64,000 nt of DNA, from NCBI GenBank assembly GCA_964188305.1, contig OZ076886.1; one strand, given 5' to 3'. This DNA comes from Podarcis bocagei. Its lineage: Eukaryota. A program made the position numbers and the translations under genes. The notes beneath the pieces are model-generated. The model had not been told where the DNA came from. It worked only from the letters and a program-made list of their open reading frames with translations, and made no database searches. Positions 50,186 through 63,900 of this stretch are shown here, piece after piece. Position 1 is the stretch's first letter. Each line of letters begins with the position of its first letter.

Positions 50186-53100
50186 TTAGTGCATTAGTCT
50201 GATTTATTTGTATCTCCTTCAGTTTTGTTCATATAATTTGAAGAACTGTCTCCTCTCAGGGTCGAATTTCTTATTAGCCATGTAATATATAGTGTACTCT
50301 ATGTTACCATGCCCCAGTGAATTCACAACAAATTTCACAAAATTCTTTTCAGTGTCATCTGCAGCAGAAGACACTGCAATTCACATTTTGAAAGTCGTCT
50401 TGAAGAAGAATGAGAAGAAGGGAAGGCACACAGAAGTTAGATTTCACTATAACTGATGATGTGGTGTTTTTCTTCAACACCACAGTGAAGCAAGTCTTGT
50501 TAAGCAGTGCATAAGCCTTCACAACTTGATGAGAGATGTAATGATTACTGAAATAGAAGGCCTTGTTTCAAGCTGGTTTTCTGAATTCAGATTATAATCA
50601 CCAAGAACTTCAAGTGTGAAATGTTTTTAGTAATGTCCTTGGATTCCATGATTTGCATAATCATGCTGTGCAAGCTTATTTTTATTTATTTATTTTAAAG
50701 AAAGGCTTTAAAGCACAGAAATTGCACAGAGCCAACTTCTCAGCTGGTGTCAGGCAGCTGTTTTGCCAAATTACATGAAGGAGAGATACAATGATTTTAC
50801 ACCAAGCAAAATCTGGCCCCGTTTAGAGACACACGATATACTTATGGGTTTGGCTGAGCTATATCACTAATTATAACTTTCAGAGTCAATTGATCCAAGT
50901 TATTAGTAGATTTCAGAAAGCATGAAAATCAAATTTATTATGTCACCCTTGCAACCCTGTCATTATTTGGCTCCCTAGCTGGCTTCATCATAGTCCCAAA
51001 GCTGGTAATTTCATTTTATTACCAATGTGATGTACATTAAAAAGTGAGGGTTTAAAAAACCAAATGAGCAGCAGAAAAGAATCCACTTCTAATTATATGT
51101 GCAAGTTAACACTATTGGTTTTGACAGAATATATGAAGTAAGTCTGCATATGATGGAGGCCAAATCCACCGTCACAACCTGTGCTTCACTTCAGCTGTGT
51201 GTATAATTGCATTTAATTAAAATAAAACCAGTTGCCAGTAGAACAATGTTCAGGTTCTCTTTCACACAGAAATGAGAGAGAGGATCTTATTACAATTAAA
51301 TTCCAATTTCACAGCTTGCTAACATTTTGCACTGCAAACATGACCTCACTAAGAGCATACAAGTATGTCAATGAAGAAGTCTTGTTTACTATTTCATGGC
51401 AGGCCGTGTTCCATTTAGTACAGTAGCCCTAATTTTAATAGTTGTGGCTGGGAAGGGGAAAAAGCCTAGAATTGATTCTTGTCAGAGGAGAAGTTATTGT
51501 TTCAGTAGTTTTTCCAAGTTACGTTTCTCTGAACCTGGGAGCAATCAAAAGATTTATTGCTGAATTGCGTCACATCTGAAGCTGGTTCAATAATTTGCAC
51601 CCGAAAGGGTCTCAGTTCTTCCCACAGTGTAGTTTCCATTCACTGAAGAAGGCAAATTTAAATATAAAAGGATTTATAATTTTCAATATATTTCTCAGGT
51701 TGACCTAGACCTGCACACCATGTTAAGCAGTGCAGCTGAATTCCCACAGTCAAAGTAATGAAGGTTGACAAATACCCTTCAGATCCAAGGCTTCCTCTGA
51801 TGTGAAATTTTGCTCTTTCCACGCTCAGCATCCAAGCTCCTAATATCCCCCTTCCCCTTCCTTTCTGTTCTTTAACCAATTGGGTGCTTGCTTGTTTTCA
51901 TGGTGTCATTTGCTGAGTGTAACTTCCTCTTCCCCTTTCCTGCCCTTGTTCTAATTAGCTATAATTCATTACAGGTATTTTGCTGCACCATAGTCAAAGG
52001 CATTTATAAATTCATCACCAGCAGTGACCAGCTCTCTCTCTCTCTCCTTACATTTGCTTCACTAGCAGTAACTGGCTGTTGCTCTTTTAGAAGAAACTTT
52101 TTGCATAAAATTGCACACATCCAGCCCAACTTAGATGCCACAATGAGAGCTGAAGGTGTCCTTTGTCTCATTTGGTCCTTCTTGCTGAAATCAGTTTCAG
52201 CTGGTTTCATCAGCAGATGCTGACAGCATGCCTGGAGAGATGCCTACTGAGTTTGTGGCCTTCATGCTCATCGAAGGCTTGCTGGAGTAATCTGTCACTT
52301 CTGGAGAGGGACATCCTCAGTGCCTACAGTACTTCTGTGAGCTGAAGATGGGTCCCTGTCTTAAATATATAGTTATAGTTGACTCTGTTTTATTGCTTCT
52401 TTGATATATAAACAAGGTAGAGTACATTAAGATGCACGATTGACTGCCTAAACAGATTTGCAGACCCAAATAAGAGAGACAGGTTGTGATCCCACCAGAG
52501 TTAAACACTTTTAAGTCTCATTGAGTTCAGTGGGAGGGTGCCTGCCTTTGAAATCTGTAAAATTTTAAAGCACTTAACTTTGCCTGCATTTACTTAGTTG
52601 TTAGCTCATTAAATTCTTATCCTTCCTACCAAATGGTACTCAAGACAGCTAGAGAGTAAAATAAAGAATTATAGTGAAATAAATGAAATTATCAAATCAA
52701 TAATAAGGATAAAATCTCTCCTGTCAGTCCACATCATTTTCATGCTGGTTGTGAAGGGCCAAACTTCTCTTCTACTCCAGCTAACATAGAATTCAAACAG
52801 GCTTGATGAGGAGGAATGGAGTGATCTGTTCCTCTGCCACCAGCACACTCAACCACATGGAAGTCCACCCACTTGCCTGCATGAAATTCCTGGTCACCTG
52901 TGCCTACCAGGCTAGTATAAAAAGAGAGCAGGCTTACAGCACAGCAGGGTGCAGATAAAGCCCCCTGTCCCTTAAATGTCTTTTAGCATCACACTCTTTT
53001 ATTTTATGTTTCAACAGAAAAAGCCAGACAGCGAACAAAAATGGATATTCAACCATAGCTTCAGCATCCATTTTCTGATCATATCTTGCTGTGTGTGACC

Positions 53101-54073
53101 TTCAACTTATTTAGCATTCAAGGTAAGCAGTACGTATAATGTGCCACTGGAGCAACAACACTAACAATGTACGGGTAGTTTCACAAAACCTCAAAGGACA
53201 GAAAAGAAACAGCCAAGAAGGTCATGGAGCACTTAGTCTGGGCCACACTCGAGCAGGATGCTAACGAACGAACCATACATCACATGATCAACCATTTCTG
53301 TTGCTAGAAATACCAACTACTACTGGAAGGAAACAGCCCAAAATAAAGCAAATGTGTTCTGAAACCTCGTACGGTTCCCATTGCTGTTAGGTACTTTCAG
53401 ATATCTCTCAAGCACCCTTGCATTTGCCAAGCCAAGAGAGTTTTCTCTGATCACCGGTGCAAATTCTACTGATAACCTCTTTTCCCATGTTAACACCTGT
53501 ACCAGAGCTCATATTCCTTTTGCATTCATAAACATCTGTCATTTTGGGCCTCCTCCTTCCCATCTGTTCTTGTTTTAGTCCTTCATTTTAACAGTTTGAG
53601 ACACGGCTTGGATAAATGCTACTGCAATTTAAATTTCTCCATTTACTCAAAGAATCAGAAGGGCAATACAATGTTCCTCATGCATCCCGTCTCATCTGCC
53701 TTAATCCTGTGATAAAGGAGCTGCAGCTGGCTGGGTGAATGCTGAGCTCCTGACCTTTCTAAATATATCCAGCCACCATATGTATTATGACTGCAATCCT
53801 TAATCCACCGGCAGGATTGTAAATTTAACTGAAATCAGCAGGATTGGCACGCCTGCTGGAACACTCAATATTGCCTTGAGTGTTAGGTGAGGGATTCAAG
53901 AGAGGTCTGCATGTGAGTAATATCATAGGCACCACCACATTAACTGAAGGAAAGAATCTCATGCACTATAAGGCAGTTTTGTCCATTCCGAGCACTCTTT
54001 AAACTTTTTTTGAAACAATATCTTCTGTATCTTTCCAGCAGGACACACTGTGGGCTAAAAATCTTACTGAAAG

Positions 54074-54421
54074 CAGTGCCAGATTTACGTATAAGCTAAA
54101 CAAGCTATAGCTTAGGGCTCCACTCAATTGGGGGCCCCAAAAAAATTAAAGGGGAAAAAACTGGATGTACATTTCCAAAATATAAGATAAAAAACAAATA
54201 AAATAAAACCTACATATAGCAACAGTGTTTTGTGTTGTGTAGGCTCCTATTTGTTATGCGCAAATGGCTTTAGATACCTATTAGGGCCATGAATTACCAT
54301 ATAGCATATATTCAACACAAAAAACAGCGACAATTTGTTGTTGACAAAGGACAGCTGGACATATAAAGCGCCCCATTACCTTCAGTAGCTTAGGGCCTCA
54401 TCAAACCTAAAGCCAGCCCTG
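54074..54421. mobile_element. Non-autonomous hAT (Ac-like) element
   Basis: Termini cagtgccagattta / taaagccagccctg; subterminal tagcttaggg repeats; TSD not retained. Confidence 0.65.
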
Positions 54422-54534
54422 GGTGTGGATCTGCCCTTTATCAAATTTCCCCTTTAAACATCCAGGATCCCTAACAGAGGCAGATTTTGGGCAGTGCAGC
54501 CAGTACCACCACACTGGGCACCAATGCTCTTCCA

Positions 54535-54750
54535 TTCTGACCACTGGGAGGAGTGCAGAGAGAAGAAACACCATGGTATACATGCATCAGCACAACCAGA
54601 CACCTTCATCTGCCCCAGCTGCAACAAAACATGTATTTGCTGTATTGGTCTCTACAGCCACAGCAGGTGCTGTAACTCTCCAGCAGTTTAACTTCACCCC
54701 CCCACACACACAAAGGCACCCTCCTCCATTGTCTCCCAAGAGAGCCAACA
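54535..54750 (+). mobile_element. RTE-clade LINE 3' end
   Basis: DHWEECREKK...FICPSCNKTC...IGLYSHSRCC zinc finger, then ccattgtctc terminus. Confidence 0.75.
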
Positions 54751-55286
54751 AGAACATCCACGTTCAATGGACTGTTCGGAGATAAGGGCTTTATTTATTT
54801 ATTTCTTGCAACATTTTTATATTGCCCATTAACAGAAAGGGCAGTTGACTTTTTAAAAAGAAAAGAAATATAAATAAAAAATATAAATGGTAATAAAGTC
54901 TAATTTAAACAGCATCGGGGGGGGGACACACACAGAGAAAACAGTAGCACCATTTTCTGAATGAATGAATCATTTTGTTTGGACATAATAACTGGATAAT
55001 ATATTGCCTGCAGCAGAATTCTAAGCATATACTCTCAAAAGCAAGTCCCATTGAGCATAACCCTAAGTCTAACTGTGCAGTCTGAAATCTGTGACAGATT
55101 AAATTTGTGACAGTTAATTAGGTGGATGCTTTGAAAACTACAGCCACATTTCCTTCTGTGGAAATTACTATAGTGAGTAGCCTGATGTTGATATGCAGTT
55201 TATTTTTATTTTCTCTTTTTTTTTAGACATCTGAGCAAAAGAACCAAAATTGTGAAGATTGTTTTGAATTGACTGTAACTTGGTTT

Positions 55287-55290
<4 letters not shown>

Positions 55291-55329
<39 letters not shown>
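55291..55329. repeat. (GT)n microsatellite
   Basis: Read directly from sequence. Confidence 0.97.
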
Positions 55330-55330
<1 letters not shown>

Positions 55331-56294
55331 ATGTGAAAACCAGGTCATAATCTTCACAATGTGTATGTGTGTATATATAAATATATAAAAGTTTCGAGCG
55401 TGCTACAGATGTCAGAGAGCATGGTTACCGACTTTACAAAAGCTACAAAGGAAAGCAAAAGGATTTCATTGATTTTTGGTCCTTTCAGAAAATCCTCGGC
55501 TGCTCTGAACAAAAGACGTATCACCAGGATCTTCTGTTATTTTTGTGAGCCAACAATGGATTTCTTTCTTTTTCTTTTTTTAGCAACACCAAAATATTAA
55601 GCACTGTTTCCTTCAGAATAAATGATAACTCATAGCAGTCTCCCCAAACTGTGGGACGTCAGGTAATTCACAATTATACTGATGCTTCTATCATTATCTT
55701 CAGCTTCTGGTGGGAATCTGTAACCTTTTCTTCCCTTTAATATACACTGGGGTTTTTTGGGGGGGGGGGGAAGAGTCTAAGTTTTTTAAAACTTCACATT
55801 CCACATGATTTCCTTTTGCTTTTTGTACTGCAATTTGAAATGCAATTATTTTAACTAACTTTAAAACACACACACACCCCTTTATGTAATTTCCTATTTT
55901 AAGGCTACTTACTACTGTCTATGGAACATTGCATCCTGTTATTTGCACAAAAGTATTGTTGTTGCTGTTTTGCTAGCGACAGAAGATGCGGCTCTGTTAA
56001 GCCTGACCAGACTCATTTCATGGTTGTCAGTATAGTTGGGACTTTCTAAGGCAGAAAAGCAAGCAGGTGTTGGAAAAGTGCGAAATCTTTCCACCAAGTG
56101 AGTTTTGGGATCTAGGACAGCAAGGTATGGTGAGCTGTCTATCATCCTCTTTCCTATGGCACTAGAGGTTCCCATCATCCTCTTATGGTGCTAGAAGCCA
56201 ATGAGACAACTAACCACCCTCCTTGTGTTTCTTCTCTTTGAATCATAGGAATGCAATGTGATTGAGGACAAAAAGATCTGCCTGAATTTTCCAA

Positions 56295-56762
56295 GGCTAG
56301 ACTTTGGGGTTGCATGGAGTGTTAGGGGGAAGGGTAGTACCTCTGGTGGGGAACGTGCTCCTTCTGGGGTAGTTTTCCCACCTTTAGTCCCCACGCTGCA
56401 CTCAACTCTCACTTGTGTCTTGCTGAAGCTGTCAGTGTTATGTAGTGTAGTTTCACCCTGGGCCAACAGGGGGATACTGTATATAGTTTTCACTCAGGTC
56501 TGTAGGTAGTTTTCACTCAGGTCCGCGGCAGTTAGTTTAGGCGGGAACTCTGAGCTGTTGTGGTTACAATGTTGACAGCCGGCTGCCTATAAATACAGGC
56601 CGGCTGAGCTATTCGCAGTCAGTTCTATTCCAGCTTATCTTAATAAAAGAGCTACTTGAAGAAATCGCTGTGCCAGCTGCTATGTCAACCCACTACTTAA
56701 TAGTCAGCATGTGACAATGGCCACACCCTGGGAAACAGTTTTGACTGGCTGGATAAACCAGT
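56295..56762 (+). mobile_element. RTE-like LINE 5'-region fragment, split by a solo LTR
   Basis: ccacctttagtccccac...caactctcacttgtg...gaagctgtcag|catgtgacaatggccacaccc...taaacca resembles RTE 5' UTRs from memory; not searched. Confidence 0.55.
56436..56702 (+). mobile_element. Solo Gypsy-type LTR, 267 bp
   Basis: tgttatgtagtg / cactacttaata inverted ends; perfect 5-bp TSD gtcag; tataaa at ~56588; aataaa at 56642. Confidence 0.87.
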
Positions 56763-57021
56763 GCGATAAATTTACTTGGGCATAATGGAAGCTGTTCTAT
56801 GTACTTGCCATGGAATTGGGAAGTGGCTTTTTAAATCCTACACTCTTGCAATCTTTCAAGAATGAGCTAAGCGCCCCCCCCCCATATATTATCCTAGGCT
56901 AAAGAAAGGTTTTCAACCAGATTTTGAGATGCCTCCTTTCTTACTGAATAGCATGGTATGATTTCCAAACAATAAACCAGTTTGTCTACTTTCTTATGCT
57001 GGTACATCTCAACCCTGCAAG

Positions 57022-57158
57022 CCAGGAAGTTAATCTTTGGCCTTCCAGCTGCTGCTAGGCTACAAAGCCTATCATCTCTTACCATTGGCCATGCTGGCTG
57101 GGGCTGATGAGAATTGGAGTCCAACAACAACTGAAGGGTCACAGGTTCCCCATCCCTG
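57022..57158. mobile_element. Degenerate palindromic hAT MITE
   Basis: catc...ccattggccatgctggctggggctgatg core; caggttccccatccctg end. Confidence 0.6.
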
Positions 57159-57309
57159 AGCTAAGCCTACCTGCATGCTTAAACTGCTCTGTGTTCCCTA
57201 CTGTTGGTAAATGAATAGGGTGTTTTTTTAGGGTGGTGGTGGTGGTGGTGGAGGTTACATAAAAACTGAGCCACCTCAAAAAGCCTAAAGGATAGAAAGA
57301 GAAAAGCTT

Positions 57310-57378
57310 GGCAGGGGGTTGGACTCGATGGCCCTTGTGGTCTCTTCCAACTCTATGATTCTATGATTCTATGATTCT
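57310..57378 (+). mobile_element. CR1 extreme 3' end
   Basis: ggggttggactcgatggccctt...cttccaactctatg followed by (attctatg)n. Confidence 0.88.
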
Positions 57379-58278
57379 AAGTATGGGGGCATTTCGTATT
57401 AAATACCTATTTGGAGTACTTTCAATGACTTGTGTAGCTACAATTTTGGGGATTTTTTTGCTATTTCATTGGGAGTTTACTTGACAAGTATTATTGTCTC
57501 CAAGTTTCTCATGGGTAGCAAATCATATAATTGATATCACCTCAAATAGCATGCAAAGAAAAGCATATTTTCCAATGCTAGGTTTGAGGTCTTTGGCCAG
57601 TTTAATGGGGATATGATTGAAAGAGCATTTTTTTTAGTGTGACATCCTGGAGTCCCTATAAAAACTGGATTGTAGTTTCCTTTCTAAGTAATTGACTGGG
57701 AACTTCTAGTCATTTAAGCTAAGTATGTTTTAATTCATTAAGTACGTTCTTGTTTTAGCTTTATGAAGTTATTAAATGCCAATATGCAAGAGAATATATT
57801 CTCTTGCGCTGTGGTCAGTGCAGGGTGGCAGCAGGCAGAAAAGTCACACAGCCCTAGAGCTGATGACCATTTTAGGATTATATTTGTTACCTTATGTACC
57901 TTGTAGGATGGCTTACTGTAATAGCAGCATATATAATGATCAGAGTAATAAGAAAGAGAGGAGCCAATGGCCTCTCCTGATAAGTTCTTCCCAAATGAAC
58001 ATATACACAAACAGACATCTACAAAGCTGCTGTGATTTTTAAGAACCTTGAAAGATCAGACCAAAGAATAAACAATTCCAGCATTCTGTTTCCAAAAATA
58101 TATAGCTGTTTGCTTCTTGGAAGTCAGTAGGTGTCTCCCACTGTTTTTTCCACCAGAAACTGACATTCAGACACATACAGCACCTCCATTTTTTACTTGT
58201 GGTGAGATCCAAGATTCAGTGGATCTTCTAGACTCTTGGAACTCATGGTCTAATGCAAGTCAGTTGAGAACATAAGCA

Positions 58279-58430
58279 GCTGGGATAGCTCAGTGGGTAG
58301 AGTATGAGACTCTGAATCTCAGAGTCCTAGAGTTGTGGGTTGGAGCCCCACATTGGGGGAAAAGATTCCTGCATTGCAGGGAGATTGGACTAGATGACCT
58401 TCGTGGTCCTTTCCAACTCTATGATTCTTT
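58279..58430 (+). mobile_element. tRNA-Lys-derived SINE with CR1 tail
   Basis: tagctcagtgggtagagtatgagactctgaatctcag...gtgggttggagccccacattggg resembles tRNA-Lys(CTT); followed by ttggactagatgacc...ccaactctatgattct. Confidence 0.82.
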
Positions 58431-58893
58431 GACTCTCTATTACCTATTTGAATTCTCTAAAAACAATGGCAGGCAACCTACAAGCAAATATAGTCTTCTT
58501 ACCTGAATACAGATTTCTGCCAATAGCCTAGTTCAGGAGAGATATGTTTACTAGGTTGCAAGTAGTCCTACAACTTATTAGCACAGGCTGGTCCCTGCAA
58601 TGAATCTTCCAAAACACCAATGCATTTGTGAGAGAGGAGAAGAGACAAATTCATGGAAAAGGCTATCAATGGTTACAATGATGACTGTGTTTTACCTTTG
58701 CCGTTGGAGTCAGTAAGCCTCTAAATACCAATTGCAAGTCCAAAGAATGCTATTGCACTCTGATTGTACTTGCAGAAGTGCCATAGGCAGCTGGACTGGA
58801 TAGGCCTTTGACCTGGTCCAGAATAGACGTTCTGTTCTTCTGTTTGGAATTCGTTAAGAAATTTAGAAGTCCACTTGTAGAACTACAGGAACA

Positions 58894-59322
58894 TGTTGTT
58901 GTTGTTTAGTCGTTTAGTCGTGTCCGTCTCTTCGTGACCCCATGGACCAGAGCACGCCAGGCACTCCTGTCTTCCACTGCCTCCCGCACTTTGGTCAGAC
59001 TCATGCTGGTAGCTTCGTGAACACTATACAACCATCTCATCCTCTGTCGTCCCCTTCTTGTGCCCTCCATCTTTCCCAACATCAGGGTCTTTTTCAGGGA
59101 GTCTTCTCTTCTCATGAGGTGGCCAAAGTATTGGAGCCTCAGCTTCACGATCTGTCCTTCCAGTGAGCACTCAGGGCTGATTTCCTTAAGAATGGATAGG
59201 TTTGGTCTTCTTGCAGTCCATAGGACTCTCAAGAGTCTCCTCCAGCACCACAATTCAAAAGCATCAATTCTTCGGCAATCAGCCTTCTTTATGGTCCAGA
59301 TCTCACTTCCATACATCACTAC
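58894..59322 (-). mobile_element. BovB LINE 3' end inserted in a Squam2-like SINE tail
   Basis: 137-aa open frame MYGSEIWTIKKADCRRIDAFELWCWRRLLRV...; (CAA)n tail; flanks ggaacat | acataggaagctg. Confidence 0.93.
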
Positions 59323-60920
59323 ATAGGAAGCTGCTTTCTCAGTATTTTCTACACCAACTGGAAGGAGCTCTCCAGCATTTCAGGCAGGAGTCCTGAAGAA
59401 ACCAGGATCTGAAACTGGGTGTCTGAAGAGCAAGTGGCAGCACTCCACCCACCCCAATCCTTCCGCTGCTGAAAGGAAGGTGTCTCAGTGCACAGTGTTG
59501 TCACTTATCTTCCCTGTGCCTGGGCAGAGAAGTTGAGTGAGCAGCAACACTCTGAGGAGTGACCTGACTCCCACCAAGTTTGGCAAGAGCCTGGGTATTC
59601 CTGCATGTTTATTGTTGTTCAGCTTCCCTCAGGGCAGAGGGAAGCTGATCGGCAACACTCTGAGGACTGCCTTGGATCCTGCTGAGTTCAGCGAGAGCCA
59701 GGGCATTGCAGTGGTGACAATTCCCGTTTGCCCTAAGGCAACAAGATGGGGGAGGTCCCCCTGCATTCAGAGCCTGCCACCTCCCACTAAACTGTGACCC
59801 TTTCCCTTGTACCCATGGTTTGTATTCCCCCCCCTGCATTTCAAGCTACCACTATTATGCACAGAGCAAAGAAGAAAAGCACATGTCACAGTAGCAGCGA
59901 ATGAAGAACTTACTGATCCTTTGGACATATTTTGATGTGCACCAATCTGTATCAGAGGCAGACAATGACCAAAGGATCTAGTTCTGTTTTTGGACTGGTT
60001 TGAGGCTCAGAATAACACTAATTTTTATCATTTCAAAGGGAACAGCGATTTTATATCTCCCCATCCCCCTTTATCTCTCCCAGTGTAAAGAACAAGGGCC
60101 ACACTAGCAATAAATATGGACCAGAGGAGAGGACCTTACTTTGGCCTTTCTCCTTCCCAGAGATATACTGCAGGTCACATTAAATTGTCTTTCCCCCCTA
60201 ATACTCAGCATGAACAGAAATAGCAGAAACAGGAGAATAGCATGAACAGCAGGAATCCACCGTTAAAAGTACATTTTATATAAGTTACACTACTCACAAG
60301 CAAACACCACCTTGACATGGTTTGCTTGCACTTACATTCAGTTCTGTCAGAGGGCATTTTAGCTTGCTCATTCCACTCCTGGCTTTTAGCCAAAAGCAGT
60401 ACTTTTATTTCCAGGTAAATTTATTTTGCCACACCATTTGCTGAGGGTTTTTTTTTGGGGGGGGGTGTGAATGTTTGACATCACCTCCCTAAATGAAGTA
60501 AGGGGTGGGGAATAACAACCACAGATCCTTCAAGCCAGGAAATTATCATCCAGTTTTATGATTCTGGGGAATGAGCAGCAATTTACAATATGCAGTCAGA
60601 TATCATAAGGCCTAGATGAGGCAGGGGAGGGGAAAAATAATTCTTGCGCTTTTATGAAGAACATTAACTTCACACGCTGCAGGGAGTTAAATGCAGAAGC
60701 AGATGCTCTTGCTGAGTGGCTGAGAACCTCCTTTTGCAGGAGCAGCAGTCAACACCTGCCTTGGTAAAATGATGGCTTGGCACATCCATAGCTCTGCTGG
60801 CAGCCCTGCAACTCAAGAGGATGATAAGGATGCCTGACACAGGGAAACCATATTGTATCTGAAGGAACATCAAATGAGACAGGAAGGACAAATTTCAACA
60901 AATTTCAACTCCAGCTACAC

Positions 60921-60922
60921 AC

Positions 60923-60965
<43 letters not shown>
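60921..60965. repeat. (AG)n microsatellite
   Basis: Read directly from sequence. Confidence 0.95.
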
Positions 60966-60969
<4 letters not shown>

Positions 60970-63900
60970 TGGAGTCATCTGCACATTGTATACAACACTT
61001 CTTCCCCCAGCAGTAGCCTGAGCAAGTCCTAACACAAATAAGATGCAAATTTTGATCTGGAAACTCTTGAATACAAATCAACCTGGATTTCCAGATGGGT
61101 GAAACTGTCAATTTTGATTTCTTTCAGTTTCTCTCTCCACCTCCCCCAAACTTTAGTTCTGCACAATTCTACATCAGTTTTCTTTTTTAAAAAATAAATA
61201 AAATAAAAAGCCCTCATGAACATTCACCAGCTTTCTGATGCGAATTTCTTTTAATGCACACATCCTGTATGCAATTTTGCCTAATATACACATTTTCCAG
61301 TAATGTAATGCATTTTGTATGCCATCTTCACTAATATATGCATGTTGACCCACACTTTACCCCAGCATATACATTTTTGTGCCCATTAGTTTGCTGGAGA
61401 ACTGCTCTGCAAAATTCAGGGAAGTGCTAATTTTGAAGGATCGGGTAAGTGTGAAGTGAATCAAATGTATTTCCAAATCGACCTGGATAGCACTTCCTTC
61501 TCACTTCTAAAACCATCAACTATCTCAGATGAAAAAGAAAGAAATATTTATCTGAGGAGAGATGAAAGGAATTAGAAAAGTAGTTTGACTGGTTAGGTGG
61601 ACTCCTCTAGGGATTGTCCAAACTCCATAGACCTTTAGTTCTGTAGCTTCTTTGCTGTTCTGGTTGCTTCTGGATTTCATACCAAGAGCTGAAGAGTTGA
61701 CTAAGTTCTGGGATAAGTTAGAGTGAACAACTGTAGCCTTCAAGTGTTCCCAATAGTCAACACAGGCCTTATTCATTTATTCGTTTTACAGTATTTGTCA
61801 CCGAATTCAAAATGTCTTTAGGCACTTGCATATTCTATTAAAAACCATTAAGTTTAATAATAAAACAACACCACCTAAGCAAATATAGCAGGCTTATTGG
61901 TAGTGGACAGATGGAATTGGACCTGTTACTTTTTTTTAAGTGACGTATAGGATATTTTATTATGTAATCTTTTGTAAAACTTGAAAGAAACATAATGTGT
62001 TTGCAAATCTGTGTATCCTACAATGGAAAGTCATCATTTAGTCAGGACAAATTACAGATTCCTGCCAGTGTACACACATTTTTCAATCTGTCTCCACACA
62101 AACTGTATGAAATTGCTCTTAGTGGTGTCCACAACTGTTTGCCTTTTAAAAAGTGGCAGCTCCATTTTGGAACCATCTGCTGTTATCTAGTGCCTGCAGA
62201 TGTGTACCTGCAGAACTGGTTTTGCACATACGTGTTCATAACTAAGTGAAGCAGCCATCATGGTTGAAAGGTCATAACAAGAACTTTCATATCAACTCTC
62301 ATCACCTCACGCAAAAGGCTTTTCAGTGGAGGCAGTCGAGACACATTCAGCTGAAAATTGTTGGGCAATAGGTCATAAAGGGACAAGAAATGATGAAGTT
62401 GTTTATGTGACTCACACCTCAAACGTTCAGCAAGAACAAACCAACATGCAACTATAACACATTGCTTGTTTGAAAGTTGACATGGTTCCTTTTAGGTTTT
62501 TTTTAAACCTCTTTGTATAACTTTGTGGAGGACTGTACCACATACTGGTCTCAACATTTAAACTGCGTCTCAGATGTTCCTACAAGACCGAGATATATGC
62601 ATTTTGGTCATGGAACAGTCTTCCATGGAACAGTCTTTGTGCTCTTTATGTGTCTGTGAAGACTCCCCCCCCTTTTTTTTACATGAAGGCACTAAAGTGA
62701 CTTTGCACAGGCATTCTGGGGTTATAGAGTTACATAGAGGACTACCATGTGCATGGTTGCATGCTTGAATGAACACTCCATTCATCTAAAATTATACCTT
62801 ATATCACACATGCTACTTTCAGAAAGGGTAATCATGAGGCAAAATAAAGAAGTACTGAACAATAAAAATCCATTAAATATGCATTGACTGCTTGCTGAGA
62901 ATTCAAAATAAGTAGGTTAATTTAGCAGTGGTTTGCATCTAATAACCGCCTACATCTTTTCCCATACAAAGAGAGAATTAACACTAATTTGTTTAGTGAG
63001 ATTCAGAATGATGGATTTTGGAAATGGATCCCTAGCTTAGAACCTAGTAAGGACTCCAGGAGCTATGCAGGAATGGCATTACCCATAGCTTCTTTCCAAT
63101 TCCTGGGATTTCACTAGGCAGCATTTCAGAACATAACATTTTGAGAGGACCTTCTTGCTGCCGCCGAAACCACCACCAGGTTGCTTAAGGAAAAGGAAAG
63201 GGGTTGAGGGCTGGAAGGCATTTGGACCTTCGCTCTACATTCAGATGGTGTCATTGGGAACACAATGGGAGAGACCTTCTGAGCAGCTAGATTTTTATGG
63301 GCTTTGATCATGGGGGCGGGGAAAGCTTTTTATTCTCTCACACATATTCTCAGTTGAGCAGGGGGAAATTCGCCCAACACTAAACCAGTTTCTCAACTAC
63401 TTTTGATAAGTTTCCAGTTGTTATTATTCATTCATTCATTCATTCATTCATTTATTTAGAATTTATATACTGCCCTATACCTGGAGGTCTCAGGGCAGTT
63501 CACATGAGGCTATATATGTGCTTGAGGCATAATATGCAGAGGAAATCTCAGCTGTAAACCCACCCTAACATAGGCAAATATTAGCCACATAACAGAGCCA
63601 TGGAGTGATGTCTATACTTGAGCAGAGCTTTAGTTCCATCTCTTGATTCCTTTTCCATTGTTTATCCTTGCTATTTCCTAACTAGTCTCTTATGTGCCAC
63701 TTTGGAAAAACCCAGAGGGGTGCCCTGAGGCCTCATTCACAATGACAGTCTTAAGATATTCTTCTGTGAATTGATGGAATCAGCCATCCTCCACTAACTT
63801 GCTTCCATTATTTGAGAGTCAACTAAAGGGAATTGCTAAATATACTGAAAGGCCACCCTAGGGAGTGAAGTTGTCTTGCAGCATGAAGGCATCTGCCGCA

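Noticed and set aside
58279-58358. Functional tRNA-Lys gene
   Set aside because: Insertion, mutated anticodon and B box, and an attached CR1 tail show it is a SINE head.
62609-62637. 15-bp tandem duplication (and a 10-bp one at ~63913)
   Set aside because: Ordinary slippage duplications.
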